64,000 bases of DNA from Candidatus Zhuqueibacterota bacterium (GTDB lineage: Bacteria; Zhuqueibacterota; Zhuqueibacteria; Oceanimicrobiales; Oceanimicrobiaceae): NCBI GenBank assembly GCA_029262055.1, contig JAJDAD010000002.1, positions 66,791 to 130,790 on the forward strand, in the 5' to 3' direction. This document shows, piece by piece, positions 15,038 through 24,007 of this stretch. The notes below the pieces were generated by a model that ran no database searches, was not told the origin of the DNA, and saw nothing but the letters and a program-made list of their open reading frames with translations. A program made the translations under genes and the position numbers. The first letter of the stretch is position 1; every line of letters starts with the position of its first letter.

Positions 15038-15481
15038 ATGAAAGCAAATGACACCCCGGTTATTGTTGAACAGACCTTTAGCGCCACCATTGCGACTGTC
15101 TGGAGCGCCATAACGGAAGTCGACCAAATGCGCCAGTGGTTTTTTGAAAACATCCCGGCATTTAAACCCGAAGTCGGATTTGAGACCCAATTCAATGTGG
15201 AGAGCGAGGGCAGAAACTTCCTGCATCTATGGCAGGTGACGCAAGTCGTTCCCCTGAAAATGATCACCTGCAATTGGAAGTATGAAGGGTATGCGGGAGA
15301 TTCATTCGTCGCGTTTGAGTTGTTCGAAGAGAATGATTCAACCAGATTGAGGGTGACGCATCAAGTCACACAGAACTTCCCTGACGACATCCCCGAATTC
15401 TTGCGAGAAAGTTGTGTTGCAGGGTGGACATTCTTCATTAAAGAAAGGCTCGACGCGTTCTTGGCGCGTCCCCGGAGTTAG
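15038..15481 (+). CDS. SRPBCC-family protein (AHSA1/START-like, activator-of-Hsp90-ATPase homologue fold)
   Basis: PVIVEQTFSATIATVWSAITEVDQMRQWFF... is the typical N-terminus of this family. The length is about 147 aa. Confidence 0.65.
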   Translation: MKANDTPVIVEQTFSATIATVWSAITEVDQMRQWFFENIPAFKPEVGFETQFNVESEGRNFLHLWQVTQVVPLKMITCNWKYEGYAGDSFVAFELFEENDSTRLRVTHQVTQNFPDDIPEFLRESCVAGWTFFIKERLDAFLARPRS

Positions 15482-15704
15482 CTGCCGGAGGGCGTCGACG
15501 TTGCGAGGACTGGTGACGGGAGTGTGTTTTCTTTCCATTCATCTTTCTAATCCACGGTCAAGAAGTGCGCTAATCCGGTGAATTGCATTTATAGTTAGTG
15601 CGGGAGAGCAACCAACCCGACGAGTAAGACGACGATTAGTAAAACAAAGCTGTGGATTCCTTCCCACTAAGTCATCCACAGTCCCCACAGCCAACACGGA
15701 GGCG

Positions 15705-17036
15705 ATGATGTGTACCTTTCCTTTTCGCAGTCTTGGATTCCTGCTAATCACTCTGACAATCCTCCTGCCGGCAGAGAGTGCGCTGAGCATCGACAAAGCA
15801 AAATGGGGCAAAGTGCCGAAAGCGCACCTCAGCATGACTTCCTACGCGGCTGACACTTCGGCGGTGGCGGTTAAGCTTTTTGACTTTGCTCAATATGAGG
15901 TCTTTCTGGAGTCAGAGGTGGAGTTTCATTTTAAGCACCACTACCGCATCAAGATACTGAAGGAGTCAGGCAAATCATACGGCGATCTGGCCCTGGTCTT
16001 CCGCGACAAAGATAAGATCCTGAATCTGAAAGCGCAGACGATTCTGCCCAATGGCAAGAAGCACAAGATAAAGAAGATCTACGAGGAGCAGCAAAAAGGC
16101 AGCTTCAAAGTCAGGAAGGGATCTTTCCCCGCGCTGGAAGTGGGCGCAATCATCGAAGTCGAGTATCAGGTCTTAAAGAACAACTACACGTTTCCACCTG
16201 TCTGGTATTTTCAGGATGAGCTGCCAACCCTGGAGTCAACGGTGACCATGAAGATGTCGACCGGTTTCATCTTTAAGGAGAACGTTCACAACGATTCTCG
16301 CAACCGTGTGAAGTTTTTTGAGGAAGAGTACATGAACCAGGGCGAGCGCAGAGCTTTGCCCATGTTTGTCTGGCAAGCCCGTAACTTGCCGGCGGTGAAG
16401 CAGGAGCCCTACATTTCGAGCCTGGACAACTACCGGGCGAAGGTTACGTTTCAGTTTTCGGCCTATCGCTACGGTCGAACCAATGTGCAGTTCATCAAGG
16501 ATCTGCCGACTCTGTGTAATGAACTGCTCGACGAGAGTGACTATCGTTCGTTCTTGAAGCCGGATTCAAAAGTCAAAAAGCTTGTTTCAAAACTGACCAC
16601 GGGCGCAACATCCGATCGGGAAAAGATGAAGCGTGTGTATGAATACGCAAGGGACAACTTACAGGAAGAAACGTACACCAGTTCTTTTGGCGCGGCAAAG
16701 ACCCAGAAGAGCGTCTTCAAGGATGGCACGGCATCGCCGTCTGAACGCAACCTTTTTCTATTGTCCATGCTGCGCGCTGCCGGCATCGGCGCCCGGCCGA
16801 TGCTGATCAGCACACGCAGTAATGGCCGGGTCGTTCCTGAACGTCCTTTTCTGCGGCAATACAACCGCACGGTGGTCTTTGCGATGGAAGGCAGAAAAAT
16901 CTACCTGATGGATGCCAACGATCGCTTCGTGCCGTTTGGGGATGTGCCCCCGGACTGCCTGGTGGATGTCGGCCTGGTGATCGAAAAAGACAACCCTCAG
17001 TTTTTGCGCAACCCGAATCAGGACTTGAAAAGCTAG
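15705..17036 (+). CDS. Hypothetical secreted protein (possible DUF3857/transglutaminase-associated N-terminal domain)
   Basis: Signal peptide MMCTFPFRSLGFLLITLTILLPAESALS. No confident domain. The C-terminal LSMLRAAGIGARPMLISTRSNG is faintly transglutaminase-like. Confidence 0.45.
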   Translation: MMCTFPFRSLGFLLITLTILLPAESALSIDKAKWGKVPKAHLSMTSYAADTSAVAVKLFDFAQYEVFLESEVEFHFKHHYRIKILKESGKSYGDLALVFRDKDKILNLKAQTILPNGKKHKIKKIYEEQQKGSFKVRKGSFPALEVGAIIEVEYQVLKNNYTFPPVWYFQDELPTLESTVTMKMSTGFIFKENVHNDSRNRVKFFEEEYMNQGERRALPMFVWQARNLPAVKQEPYISSLDNYRAKVTFQFSAYRYGRTNVQFIKDLPTLCNELLDESDYRSFLKPDSKVKKLVSKLTTGATSDREKMKRVYEYARDNLQEETYTSSFGAAKTQKSVFKDGTASPSERNLFLLSMLRAAGIGARPMLISTRSNGRVVPERPFLRQYNRTVVFAMEGRKIYLMDANDRFVPFGDVPPDCLVDVGLVIEKDNPQFLRNPNQDLKS

Positions 17037-17288
17037 CAGCGCGCTCGCCAACCTGCTCGACAGGGATTGACAATGTCCCGGGAAACCGCTTGCATTTTTC
17101 TCATATGCGCCCTATTTTATACAACCCCAGTCCATTCAGTCCAGGACACTGTCTAACTTGTCTGTCATCGCTGTGGCATCCGCTGAGTGGATCGCTTTAT
17201 TTTGTTGCCGTGCTGGTCGATCCTGTTTAAATGTAACCTACTAGCCATCGTTTCACACAGGGATTCTTTATAGATCGATCTATACCGA

Positions 17289-18977
17289 ATGCAAAGTCTG
17301 ATTGACAAATTCCTTCTGAAGGCCCGGAAACTTGCGAGAGGCGAGTTTACGCCGCGTGATTCCTTTTCCCTTTCTCTGATTCTGCACGGCGCATTCTTTA
17401 TGTGTCTTGGTCTCCTTCTCGTCTGGTATGAGCCCACCGACCTGTCCGAAACTCCGCTGTCCATCGATTTTGTCTTTGTTCCCTCCGAGTCTGACACGGA
17501 GGCCCTGGAGGCGGGCCATGATTTGCGTCATGAGAAGCCCCCGGAAACCAGGCCGGCACAGCAGCAGGAAACGGGCCGGGTGCAACTCAAAGATGTAGAG
17601 CAAAGCCGGCAACAGCCTGCAACCGCCCTGACCAACCCGGACAGCTTCTCGCGCAATTTGCCGAGTGAAGCGAATTCTGATGAGCCCGGCCAGGATGCCG
17701 CAGAGGTCTCAGGAACGGAAAGCGATGAGTCGCAGCAGGACGTCAGAACGGCAGAAGCGGTCCGGCCTGAGCGCTATCTTTTGAGCTCGATCGTGCCGAC
17801 TTCTTTCTTGCGCCCGCCGGTCGACCTGGAAAAACGATCCGCTGTCAATGCCAAAATCTCGATGACCAGGAAAGAGCACAAGATGTTTCGCAAGAAGTTC
17901 AGAAAGTGGACCGAGGACTTCCACAAAATGGCGCAGCCGGACTCGATCATGACGTGGCGGCACAAGGGCAAAACATATTCGGCGTCCTTTCGCAACCGTC
18001 CGGCAAAGTCAAAGACTGACATCGATGAGGTCATGGTGGAAATCAGCAAAGTTGAAGACGGGCTTGCGCTCAACAGCCGCATGCGGATGAAGCGTCTGGC
18101 GTTTTCGAACTTTGCACAATTTGTAGATTTTTGGGACCCGTGGGTTGCCGTGCATGATGATGAGTTTGAAGGGCGGTTTCACGCGAATTCCCAGATCAGA
18201 ATTGTGTCGGCGCGCGGAGTCCAGCCCAAGTTTCATGGCAAAGTAACGACTGCTTCTACTCGTATCGATAGGAACGGCTCACCGTCATTCCTGGGGGATG
18301 AATCGACTTTTCTCGGGGGTCTTGAAACCGGGGTCAAGGCGATACGGCTGCCCCGCTATTTCCTGCCGTTCGCTACCGACTCGATCCCGGCGGGCGCAAA
18401 CCTGAAGCGATTTGACCAGGACACGCGCCTCGTCTTTCGTGCTGATGGCAGCTACCTGTGGAAAACCTTAGGGTCGGACGAGCCCGAGCAGAGGGTTGAG
18501 ATCGGAGAGGCCGCGGCCTACATACTTGGCCATAAGAAGAAAAAATTGCATGTGCGGGGCGTCGTGCGCGGCAAAGTCCTGATTTACTCGCCGGGTACGA
18601 TAATAATCGATGACGACCTGACTTATGCCCGCAATCCTGAAATCTCTGCCGTAGCTGATGACTACCTCGGCATCGTCAGCGACAGAGATGTTGAAATCGC
18701 ACATCCCTATGTCACCGGGCCGGGTGACTTGACTATCTACGCCGCCATCTTTGCCAAGCGTCGTTTTGTCGTGCGGCACCTGAGGGGCGGCGGCGATGAC
18801 ACGTTGTTCATTTATGGCAGCTTGACCGCCGGCTCGCTTTCCGCCACCGAACCGCGCTACGGAACCCGCATCCGGTTTGACAAACGGCTCGAGCGCAAAC
18901 GGCCGCCCGGCTTTCCGCTTTCTAACCGCTATGAAGTGTCTGAATGGCCTCGGGAGTGGGAAGTAAAGCAGAACTGA
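17289..18977 (+). CDS. Hypothetical membrane-anchored protein with a Pro/Gln/Glu-rich linker
   Basis: N-terminal TM helix GAFFMCLGLLLVWY, a low-complexity acidic/proline-rich region, and an uncharacterised approximately 380-aa C-terminal domain. Confidence 0.5.
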   Translation: MQSLIDKFLLKARKLARGEFTPRDSFSLSLILHGAFFMCLGLLLVWYEPTDLSETPLSIDFVFVPSESDTEALEAGHDLRHEKPPETRPAQQQETGRVQLKDVEQSRQQPATALTNPDSFSRNLPSEANSDEPGQDAAEVSGTESDESQQDVRTAEAVRPERYLLSSIVPTSFLRPPVDLEKRSAVNAKISMTRKEHKMFRKKFRKWTEDFHKMAQPDSIMTWRHKGKTYSASFRNRPAKSKTDIDEVMVEISKVEDGLALNSRMRMKRLAFSNFAQFVDFWDPWVAVHDDEFEGRFHANSQIRIVSARGVQPKFHGKVTTASTRIDRNGSPSFLGDESTFLGGLETGVKAIRLPRYFLPFATDSIPAGANLKRFDQDTRLVFRADGSYLWKTLGSDEPEQRVEIGEAAAYILGHKKKKLHVRGVVRGKVLIYSPGTIIIDDDLTYARNPEISAVADDYLGIVSDRDVEIAHPYVTGPGDLTIYAAIFAKRRFVVRHLRGGGDDTLFIYGSLTAGSLSATEPRYGTRIRFDKRLERKRPPGFPLSNRYEVSEWPREWEVKQN

Positions 18978-18978
18978 C

Positions 18979-21900
18979 TTAGCTGAACAGCTCTTCGATA
19001 TCCCGCAAGGTTAGTTGTTTAAACAGGCCCGCACTGCTGGTGATAATGCTCGACACCAGCTCCTTCTTCTTCTCCTGCAAATGCAGGATTTTCTCTTCCA
19101 CAGTGCCCTTGCTGATCATCTTGTAGACAAAAACGTGCTTGTCCTGCCCGATGCGATGACTGCGATCGGTAGCCTGGGCCTCGACCGCCGGGTTCCACCA
19201 GGGATCATAGTGGATGACGTAATCGGCGGACGTCAGGTTTAAGCCCGTACCGCCGGCCTTCAGGCTGACGAGAAAGATCCTGCACGCCTCATCTTTTTGG
19301 AATCGCTCTACACATTCTTTTCGGTTGCGGGTACTGCCGTCAAGATATTCATACGGCGTGCCTTGCGCGTCCAGTTGTTTGCGCACAATGGTTAGCATCT
19401 TGACGAATTGTGAGAACACCAGGACTTTGTGCCCCTCGGCCAGCAATTCTTCGAGATACTGGTTCAACAAGTCAAACTTTTGCACCGGGCCCTTGAAGGA
19501 GTCCTCCACAAGGTGCGGGTGACAGGCCAGCAAGCGCAACTTGACGAGGCCTTCGAGGACGTTCATGCGAGATTTGTTTAAACCGGAATCAGCGATTTGA
19601 TTCAGAACCTGAGCCCGGTAGTAGTCTCGCCACTTGTTGTAAACCTTTTCATGCTGTGGCGCCATCTCCGCGTAAACGATGCTTTCAATTTTGGGCGGCA
19701 GCTCGGGTGCCACTTTTTCTTTCGTGCGGCGCAATAGAAACGGAAAAACCATTTTTTTGAGCAGTTGCGCGGCGGCTTCATCCTGTTCCGCTTCGATCGG
19801 TTTGGCGAATTCGTTCTTAAAATAACTCAAGCTGCCGAGCAGTCCCGGATTTAGAAACGAAAACAAGGACCAAAGCTCGATGGTGTTGTTTTCGATGGGT
19901 GTGCCGGTCAGTGCCAGCCGGTGCCGGGCCTGCAGGACTTTCACGGCCTTGGCGGTTTGCGACAGCGGGTTCTTTATGTTCTGAGATTCATCCAGAATCA
20001 CGTAATCAAACATAACATCCTTGAGGAAGAGGATGTCGCGACGCAAGGTGCCGTAACTGGTCAGCACGATGTCGTAGTCACTATAATTGATGCCGGTGCG
20101 GAGACGATCTGCGCCGGTTTGGTTTAAGACGCGCAAACCGGGTGCGAACCGTTCTATTTCGGCCTGCCAGTTGAAAACCACCGAGGTCGGTGTGATGATG
20201 AGGCTTGGCAAATCGATCTCGTTTTCAACTTGCCACTGCAGAATTGAGAGAGCCTGGACCGTCTTGCCCAGACCCATGTCGTCAGCCAGGCAACCCCCGA
20301 ACCGGTAGTTACGCAAAAAATGCAGCCAATGGTAGCCGGCTTTCTGGTAGTTCCGCAGGTCGGCGGAAAGATTTGCGGGCAGGTCATACTCCGCGATGCC
20401 GTCGAAATCTTTTAACTGTTCCAGCCGCTCTTCAAAGACTGTATCCATGTTTTTTTGGTGAGCAGCGGCAAACAGTTCATCAATCAGAGTTACATGAAAG
20501 CTGGAAAGACGCACCCCGTCCTGACGTTCTTCGCCAAGATTGATCACATGCCGAAAGCGGTCCAGCCATTCCCTCGGCATTTTGCTTACGCTGCCGTCTA
20601 CCAGTCGGACATACTTGCTATTTTTCTTCAGCGCCTTTTTGATTTCCGACAACGAGAGCATGACACCACCGACATCGATTTCCATTTGCAGGTCAAACCA
20701 GTCGATGTTAGATTTGGTGCTTACGCTTATCGAGGCGGAGGCTCTGTTTACTCTGAACCTGGATAAGCTCTCTTCACCGTAAACGGCAAATCCGTTCGAT
20801 ACGAGTTGCGGGATTTCGTCGATGAGCCATTCCAGGGTTTGATTGCTCCTGGTAGTAATGACTCCGGCCTTGGCGGTCTTGACACTGGTGCGCTGCAGGA
20901 GGGCGACCGCCTCGGCTTCACGCTTCTGGTCACGTTGTATTTTGATGAATGTGCTACCGTCTTCGTTACTGCTCCATACGGCCGGTCTTGTATCTCGCGC
21001 CAGAACCTCTACCGGGCCATATCCGAACCGGAGGTCTACTTTGATGCAATCGCCAAACTCTTCGAGGTAGAGGCGCTGTTCGGTGATCTCGCCGATGGTC
21101 TCGGTACCGATACCTTCGGGTACGCGAAAATGTTGCAGCAACTCAGATTGCGCCCCCAGAGAGTTTAGAAATGATGGCATGTCCTTGCGGGGAACCGTCA
21201 CCTTGTAGTTTTTTCTGAGGAAGGGAATCAGGCTTTCAGCATTGTGATCTCCGGCAATGCTGATGATGCTGCTTTCACGCAAAATCCAAACAGGATTGAC
21301 GGTCAGTAAGGTGAACGTGTGGTCGAGGATGTGCTCCGAGTCGTCGAGCAGCAGAAATGGCTGCAGGCGCAAAACGTCTCCTTCACCGAGCATCCGAAAT
21401 TCGATTCTTCCGCTGTTTTCCCCGACCTGGAGCCCGGTGCGTTTTTCCCCGTCCGACAAGTACAGGCGACTGTCTTGCAACATATCGAAAATGACGCCCG
21501 CATCCGCACCATCGACAAATCTGTATTGCACGGGGCGTGGGTCGTAGTAGGCGTTCTGTGAGCCGTTACGGTAAGACTTGTCCAGGTAACTTAGAACCAG
21601 ATTGTCGTGACGGCTGCGGCGCAGGTTGGGATTATTGAAGTCGGTGGTGGCGAGGCCGCGCGGGACTCCCATGCCTCCGTCTTTTTTAGCCAACCGCTTC
21701 TGCGGTTCTATACTCCAACCTTTTTGGCTGGTTCTAAGGACGAAGACCAGGTGCCAGAGACGGTCGTAGGCAGTGACATTTTCTTTTTCAGGTCTGATGC
21801 GCGACAGATAGTTTTGCCAACCTGATTTGATGTCCGCGTCTGCCACCAGGTCTATGCGGCGCCAGTCGATCGCCTCCAGGACTGTTGCTACGATGTGTTT

Positions 21901-22188
21901 GCAGATGCCGTTAAACGGGCAAGTGCACTCGGTATACTTGTAATCATTTTCAAGCCAAATCTCGACGTGGTAGGGGCTGGTTCCGCTTACTTCCGCCTCA
22001 ACAAACTCGGGGGTGATCACTTTGATTTGTACACGGCCTTCTGCGTGGTAGCTCTGGCCGCGCGCAAAAATATGGGGCGCAACAATGGCCCGAATGTCTT
22101 CAACTGCCAGGTTCATCTTGGCGCAAGTCTCCGGTGGTATTGGCAACAGGGCAAACCGGAATATACGACCGTCAATCCAATTGAGCAA
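18979..22188 (-). CDS. SWIM zinc-finger SNF2-family helicase (RapA/HepA-like)
   Basis: SWIM motif CTCPFNGICKHIVATVL. SNF2_N motifs LRNYQKAGYHWL...LADDMGLGKTVQAL and DESQNIKNP. Helicase_C motif RIFLVSLKAGGTGLNLTSADYVIHYDPWWNPAVEAQATDRSHRIGQ. The true start may be the internal MNLAVED at 22116. Confidence 0.85.
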   Translation of the reverse strand: MLNWIDGRIFRFALLPIPPETCAKMNLAVEDIRAIVAPHIFARGQSYHAEGRVQIKVITPEFVEAEVSGTSPYHVEIWLENDYKYTECTCPFNGICKHIVATVLEAIDWRRIDLVADADIKSGWQNYLSRIRPEKENVTAYDRLWHLVFVLRTSQKGWSIEPQKRLAKKDGGMGVPRGLATTDFNNPNLRRSRHDNLVLSYLDKSYRNGSQNAYYDPRPVQYRFVDGADAGVIFDMLQDSRLYLSDGEKRTGLQVGENSGRIEFRMLGEGDVLRLQPFLLLDDSEHILDHTFTLLTVNPVWILRESSIISIAGDHNAESLIPFLRKNYKVTVPRKDMPSFLNSLGAQSELLQHFRVPEGIGTETIGEITEQRLYLEEFGDCIKVDLRFGYGPVEVLARDTRPAVWSSNEDGSTFIKIQRDQKREAEAVALLQRTSVKTAKAGVITTRSNQTLEWLIDEIPQLVSNGFAVYGEESLSRFRVNRASASISVSTKSNIDWFDLQMEIDVGGVMLSLSEIKKALKKNSKYVRLVDGSVSKMPREWLDRFRHVINLGEERQDGVRLSSFHVTLIDELFAAAHQKNMDTVFEERLEQLKDFDGIAEYDLPANLSADLRNYQKAGYHWLHFLRNYRFGGCLADDMGLGKTVQALSILQWQVENEIDLPSLIITPTSVVFNWQAEIERFAPGLRVLNQTGADRLRTGINYSDYDIVLTSYGTLRRDILFLKDVMFDYVILDESQNIKNPLSQTAKAVKVLQARHRLALTGTPIENNTIELWSLFSFLNPGLLGSLSYFKNEFAKPIEAEQDEAAAQLLKKMVFPFLLRRTKEKVAPELPPKIESIVYAEMAPQHEKVYNKWRDYYRAQVLNQIADSGLNKSRMNVLEGLVKLRLLACHPHLVEDSFKGPVQKFDLLNQYLEELLAEGHKVLVFSQFVKMLTIVRKQLDAQGTPYEYLDGSTRNRKECVERFQKDEACRIFLVSLKAGGTGLNLTSADYVIHYDPWWNPAVEAQATDRSHRIGQDKHVFVYKMISKGTVEEKILHLQEKKKELVSSIITSSAGLFKQLTLRDIEELFS

Positions 22189-22408
22189 TCGAATTTAAAG
22201 GAAAAGCAGGTTGATCTACCCCAAAGACGCCTGCAGGTGTATCGGATGTTCGTGGGAACACCTTCAGTTTCTCCTCGGCTGACGGCGTCTCGCTGAGCCT
22301 GTCACAAGTTGGTGGGAAAGCTTTCGCGCCAGACTCCAACAGCATGGAGCCTGGCGCGGGGATTCATCCGGTCATGGCACAGGATGAACAGCCTGGGAAG
22401 TTTGAGGG

Positions 22409-23614
22409 TTAGATGGCGTGTAAATCACGCGGGGACAGGCCGTGGAAACCCAGCCAGGGGAGCAGCCAGTTTCGGAAAAGCCGCGGACGCATGCTGTTCG
22501 ACGCGCGCAACTCTTCGGAAGCCGATAAGAGCTGTCTCAGCCGTTGCAGCGCCTGCGGTCGCGTTGCCGGATGCTTGATTTCACGCGTGCCCTGCAGGAC
22601 CAGCACCAGCGGATTATCCGGACGGGCAGCTTTGGCTTTGGTAAAAGCCTTCTTCGCCTGCTTCGAAAACACTTTGTGGCTTGCGCGATCCAACATAAGC
22701 TCGAAGTGCCTGGCCTGTATTGCATAAACGTTGGCGCGCAACGCGTAGAGATCGGATTCCTCACCCAGTGTTTTTACCGGGAGCCTCTGCCACGCCAGCT
22801 CTGCAAACTGCGAGGCCGTCGCCAGGTGGTCATGGAAATTGCGCGCGGATGAGTTTTGCCACGAAAGAAGGGCAGCGTGACAGTACGCGAATGCGGTCCA
22901 GTATGCGGCTAGCCATTTTTCGGGCTTCTTGTGCGCTATCTTCTCGAACCCTTTTGCAATCTTCAGGCAGTCCTGGTACGAATCCACCCGTTCAATAGCG
23001 GCGATGGCCTCTTGCATTTGTGTGACAAAGTCTTTTTTGGGTCCGATTCCGAGCAGGGGAACGCCTCCTTTAGGCGGGCAATTGCCGCGGCCAAAACCGG
23101 CTACTTTCAGAATACCGCTATTCAGAGCTTCGAGAGTGGCTTTGGTATCGGGAGCGATTCCCGGTGTGGGTGAGAAGGCGCCCACTGCATCTGCCGGCAG
23201 TCGCTGCCGAATAAAATGGAAGCTGGAACGCATTTGGTCCAACATGCTCAGCGACGCCAGAAGAACCTGGTCGCGTTGCGGCGAGGTATTGCCGGTCTCA
23301 GTCCGGCTTTGTCCGTTGGTAGGTGAGGAGTTCGGCTGCAAGATCTCGTCGTCTTCTTCGGAATGCTCAAGATTGGTAAACTTTTCGGAATTCGAGCTTT
23401 TGTCGAACGCGACCTCCTTATGCACTTCCAACTCGAATGCTATCTCATACTCGGTTGGAGATGGCAGACCGGTGATTTTCTCGAATTCAAACCTGCTCAG
23501 GAATGCCGCCAACAGCAAATGCATGCTGATAGAAACCAGTAGTGCCTGCTTGCGCGTAATGCGCAAGGAAGATACTCGGGCCGTCCAGTCGTAGTTGGCT
23601 TTGTTGGGATTCAA
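22409..23614 (-). CDS. Hypothetical membrane-anchored protein, directly upstream of and co-oriented with the SNF2 helicase
   Basis: N-terminal TM ALLVSISMHLLLAAFL. No recognisable domain. A competing antisense ORF (22929-23594 +) is shorter. Confidence 0.4.
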   Translation of the reverse strand: MNPNKANYDWTARVSSLRITRKQALLVSISMHLLLAAFLSRFEFEKITGLPSPTEYEIAFELEVHKEVAFDKSSNSEKFTNLEHSEEDDEILQPNSSPTNGQSRTETGNTSPQRDQVLLASLSMLDQMRSSFHFIRQRLPADAVGAFSPTPGIAPDTKATLEALNSGILKVAGFGRGNCPPKGGVPLLGIGPKKDFVTQMQEAIAAIERVDSYQDCLKIAKGFEKIAHKKPEKWLAAYWTAFAYCHAALLSWQNSSARNFHDHLATASQFAELAWQRLPVKTLGEESDLYALRANVYAIQARHFELMLDRASHKVFSKQAKKAFTKAKAARPDNPLVLVLQGTREIKHPATRPQALQRLRQLLSASEELRASNSMRPRLFRNWLLPWLGFHGLSPRDLHAI

Positions 23615-23736
23615 TTTCTACACCACCGGTTCTTGACCACGTTTGCGCGACAGGGTTACCGATAAACTGTGCTGCCGGGTTTACCTAACTTTCTAATATT
23701 TCGCTGTTTCATGAATAGCAAATTGTCAGGTTTCAC

Positions 23737-23912
23737 AGAAGCTAAGCAAATCCCCTCTCTCCGGGAGGGGACAGATTCAAACTCGCAGAGAGTTTGAATC
23801 AGGGGTGGGTGCGTGATCAGCGGCAGGCAGGCCTACCCACCCCGGTTCAAGACGCTGAACGCGATTTTGAACCTGCCCCTCCGCGCGCGTTGCGCGTTTG
23901 GAGCGGATTTAG
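23737..23912. repeat. Structured interspersed repeat, family B, copy 1 (about 175 bp, multi-hairpin, terminal inverted complementarity)
   Basis: Sequence aaatcccctctctccgggagggg...gattcaaactcgcagagagtttgaatc...ggggtgggt...acccacccc...ccgcgcgcgttgcgcgtttggagcggattt. It is about 80% identical to 61073-61243. Confidence 0.7.
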
Positions 23913-24007
23913 ATACCAAAAACAATTTCCTCAGAAGGAGGAAGCCAAGTGAAAAATATTAGTAACTTAATTACAATTACAGTGTTAGCCTATTCCTTTG
24001 CACGCTG

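Noticed and set aside
17040-17288. 'ttgaca' -35-like hexamer and small hairpin in the 17.0-17.3 kb intergenic region
   Set aside because: It is too far from the next start (17289) with no convincing -10 at proper spacing. It is not strong enough to annotate.
22929-23594. 221-aa + strand ORF overlapping the 22409-23614 (-) gene
   Set aside because: It is shorter than the - strand ORF, which has a TM anchor and is co-oriented with the SNF2 gene. Neither has homology support, so the call is uncertain, but the longer ORF is preferred.
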